A stretch of 64,000 nt of DNA from Actinomycetota bacterium. GTDB lineage: Bacteria; Actinomycetota; Acidimicrobiia; Spongiisociales; UBA4744. The DNA is taken from NCBI GenBank assembly GCA_013152275.1, contig JAADGS010000040.1:1-64000 (forward strand), written 5' to 3'. Of this stretch, positions 63,561 through 64,000 are shown one piece after another. A program made the translations under genes and the position numbers. Positions within the stretch are counted from its first letter, which is position 1. Every line of letters begins with the position of its first letter. The notes under the pieces were generated by a model. The model had not been told where the DNA came from. It searched no databases and was given only the letters and a program-made list of their open reading frames with translations.

Positions 63561-64000
63561 TGCCCCAACTTCTTCGTGAACGTGTGGATCGCCACGAGCG
63601 TGCCTCCGACGATCCACGCGAGAAGGTATGCCACATGTACGAACGGCGAGAAGGTCGTGGCCAGACCGAGGGTCGTTGCGCGAGTCAGCTCGACGCCATG
63701 CCACAGCGGCACGGCGTAGGCGAGCGGCTGCATCCAGCCGGGAAGCTGTGTGATCGGAAAGAACGTCCCGGAGAACAGGAACATGGGGACGATCCCGAAC
63801 CGGAAGAGGTTGCTCAATCCGGTGTCGCGCTTCAACCATGCCGCGTAGCCGCTGACCGGTGCGGCGAATGCCAGCCCGGTCAGCACCGCGGGGAACACTG
63901 CCAGCAATCCCACACCGACGGCCACGGCTCCGAAAGCGGCCATGACGAGGACGAACACGGTCGACACGAAGATCATACGAATGCCGACCCAACCGAGATG
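63557..64000 (-). CDS. ABC-2 type transporter permease (5' end outside the window)
   Basis: PMFLFSGTFFPITQLP...PLWHGVEL. Confidence 0.88.
   Translation of the reverse strand, partial: HLGWVGIRMIFVSTVFVLVMAAFGAVAVGVGLLAVFPAVLTGLAFAAPVSGYAAWLKRDTGLSNLFRFGIVPMFLFSGTFFPITQLPGWMQPLAYAVPLWHGVELTRATTLGLATTFSPFVHVAYLLAWIVGGTLVAIHTFTKKLGQ

Overview
GC-rich chromosomal window, most likely from an actinobacterium of the class Acidimicrobiia. This placement is inferred from WhiB1, DUF3107, WXG100 proteins, Rho with an N-terminal insertion and the rho-rpmE-prfA-prmC-tsaC-glyA-atp gene order. Most of it is housekeeping: the F1Fo ATP synthase operon, translation and amino-acid genes, tRNA-Arg(CCG), a nine-gene hem operon, prs-glmU-tRNA-Gln-ispE-rsmA-tatD-abrB-rsmI, SQR, a CCC/SLC12 transporter, and ald-CoA transferase-lutABC. 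The main points of interest are: (1) a translationally coupled TetR + SAM methyltransferase + fused HgcAB-like corrinoid/membrane/ferredoxin operon at 60.4-62.7 kb, with a non-canonical cap helix and unknown substrate; (2) a minimal type VII-like secretion locus of two WXG100 genes and one EccC/FtsK ATPase; (3) a hem operon with true HemN and no ChdC, pointing to the protoporphyrin-dependent route; (4) dispersed hairpin repeats of constant length (47 and 49 bp); (5) tandem Cys-rich Tat-signal paralogues at the left edge; (6) four short-deletion frameshifts (murI, a thioesterase, prfA, thrC), probably assembly errors. All calls are from reading motifs by eye; no database searches were run.
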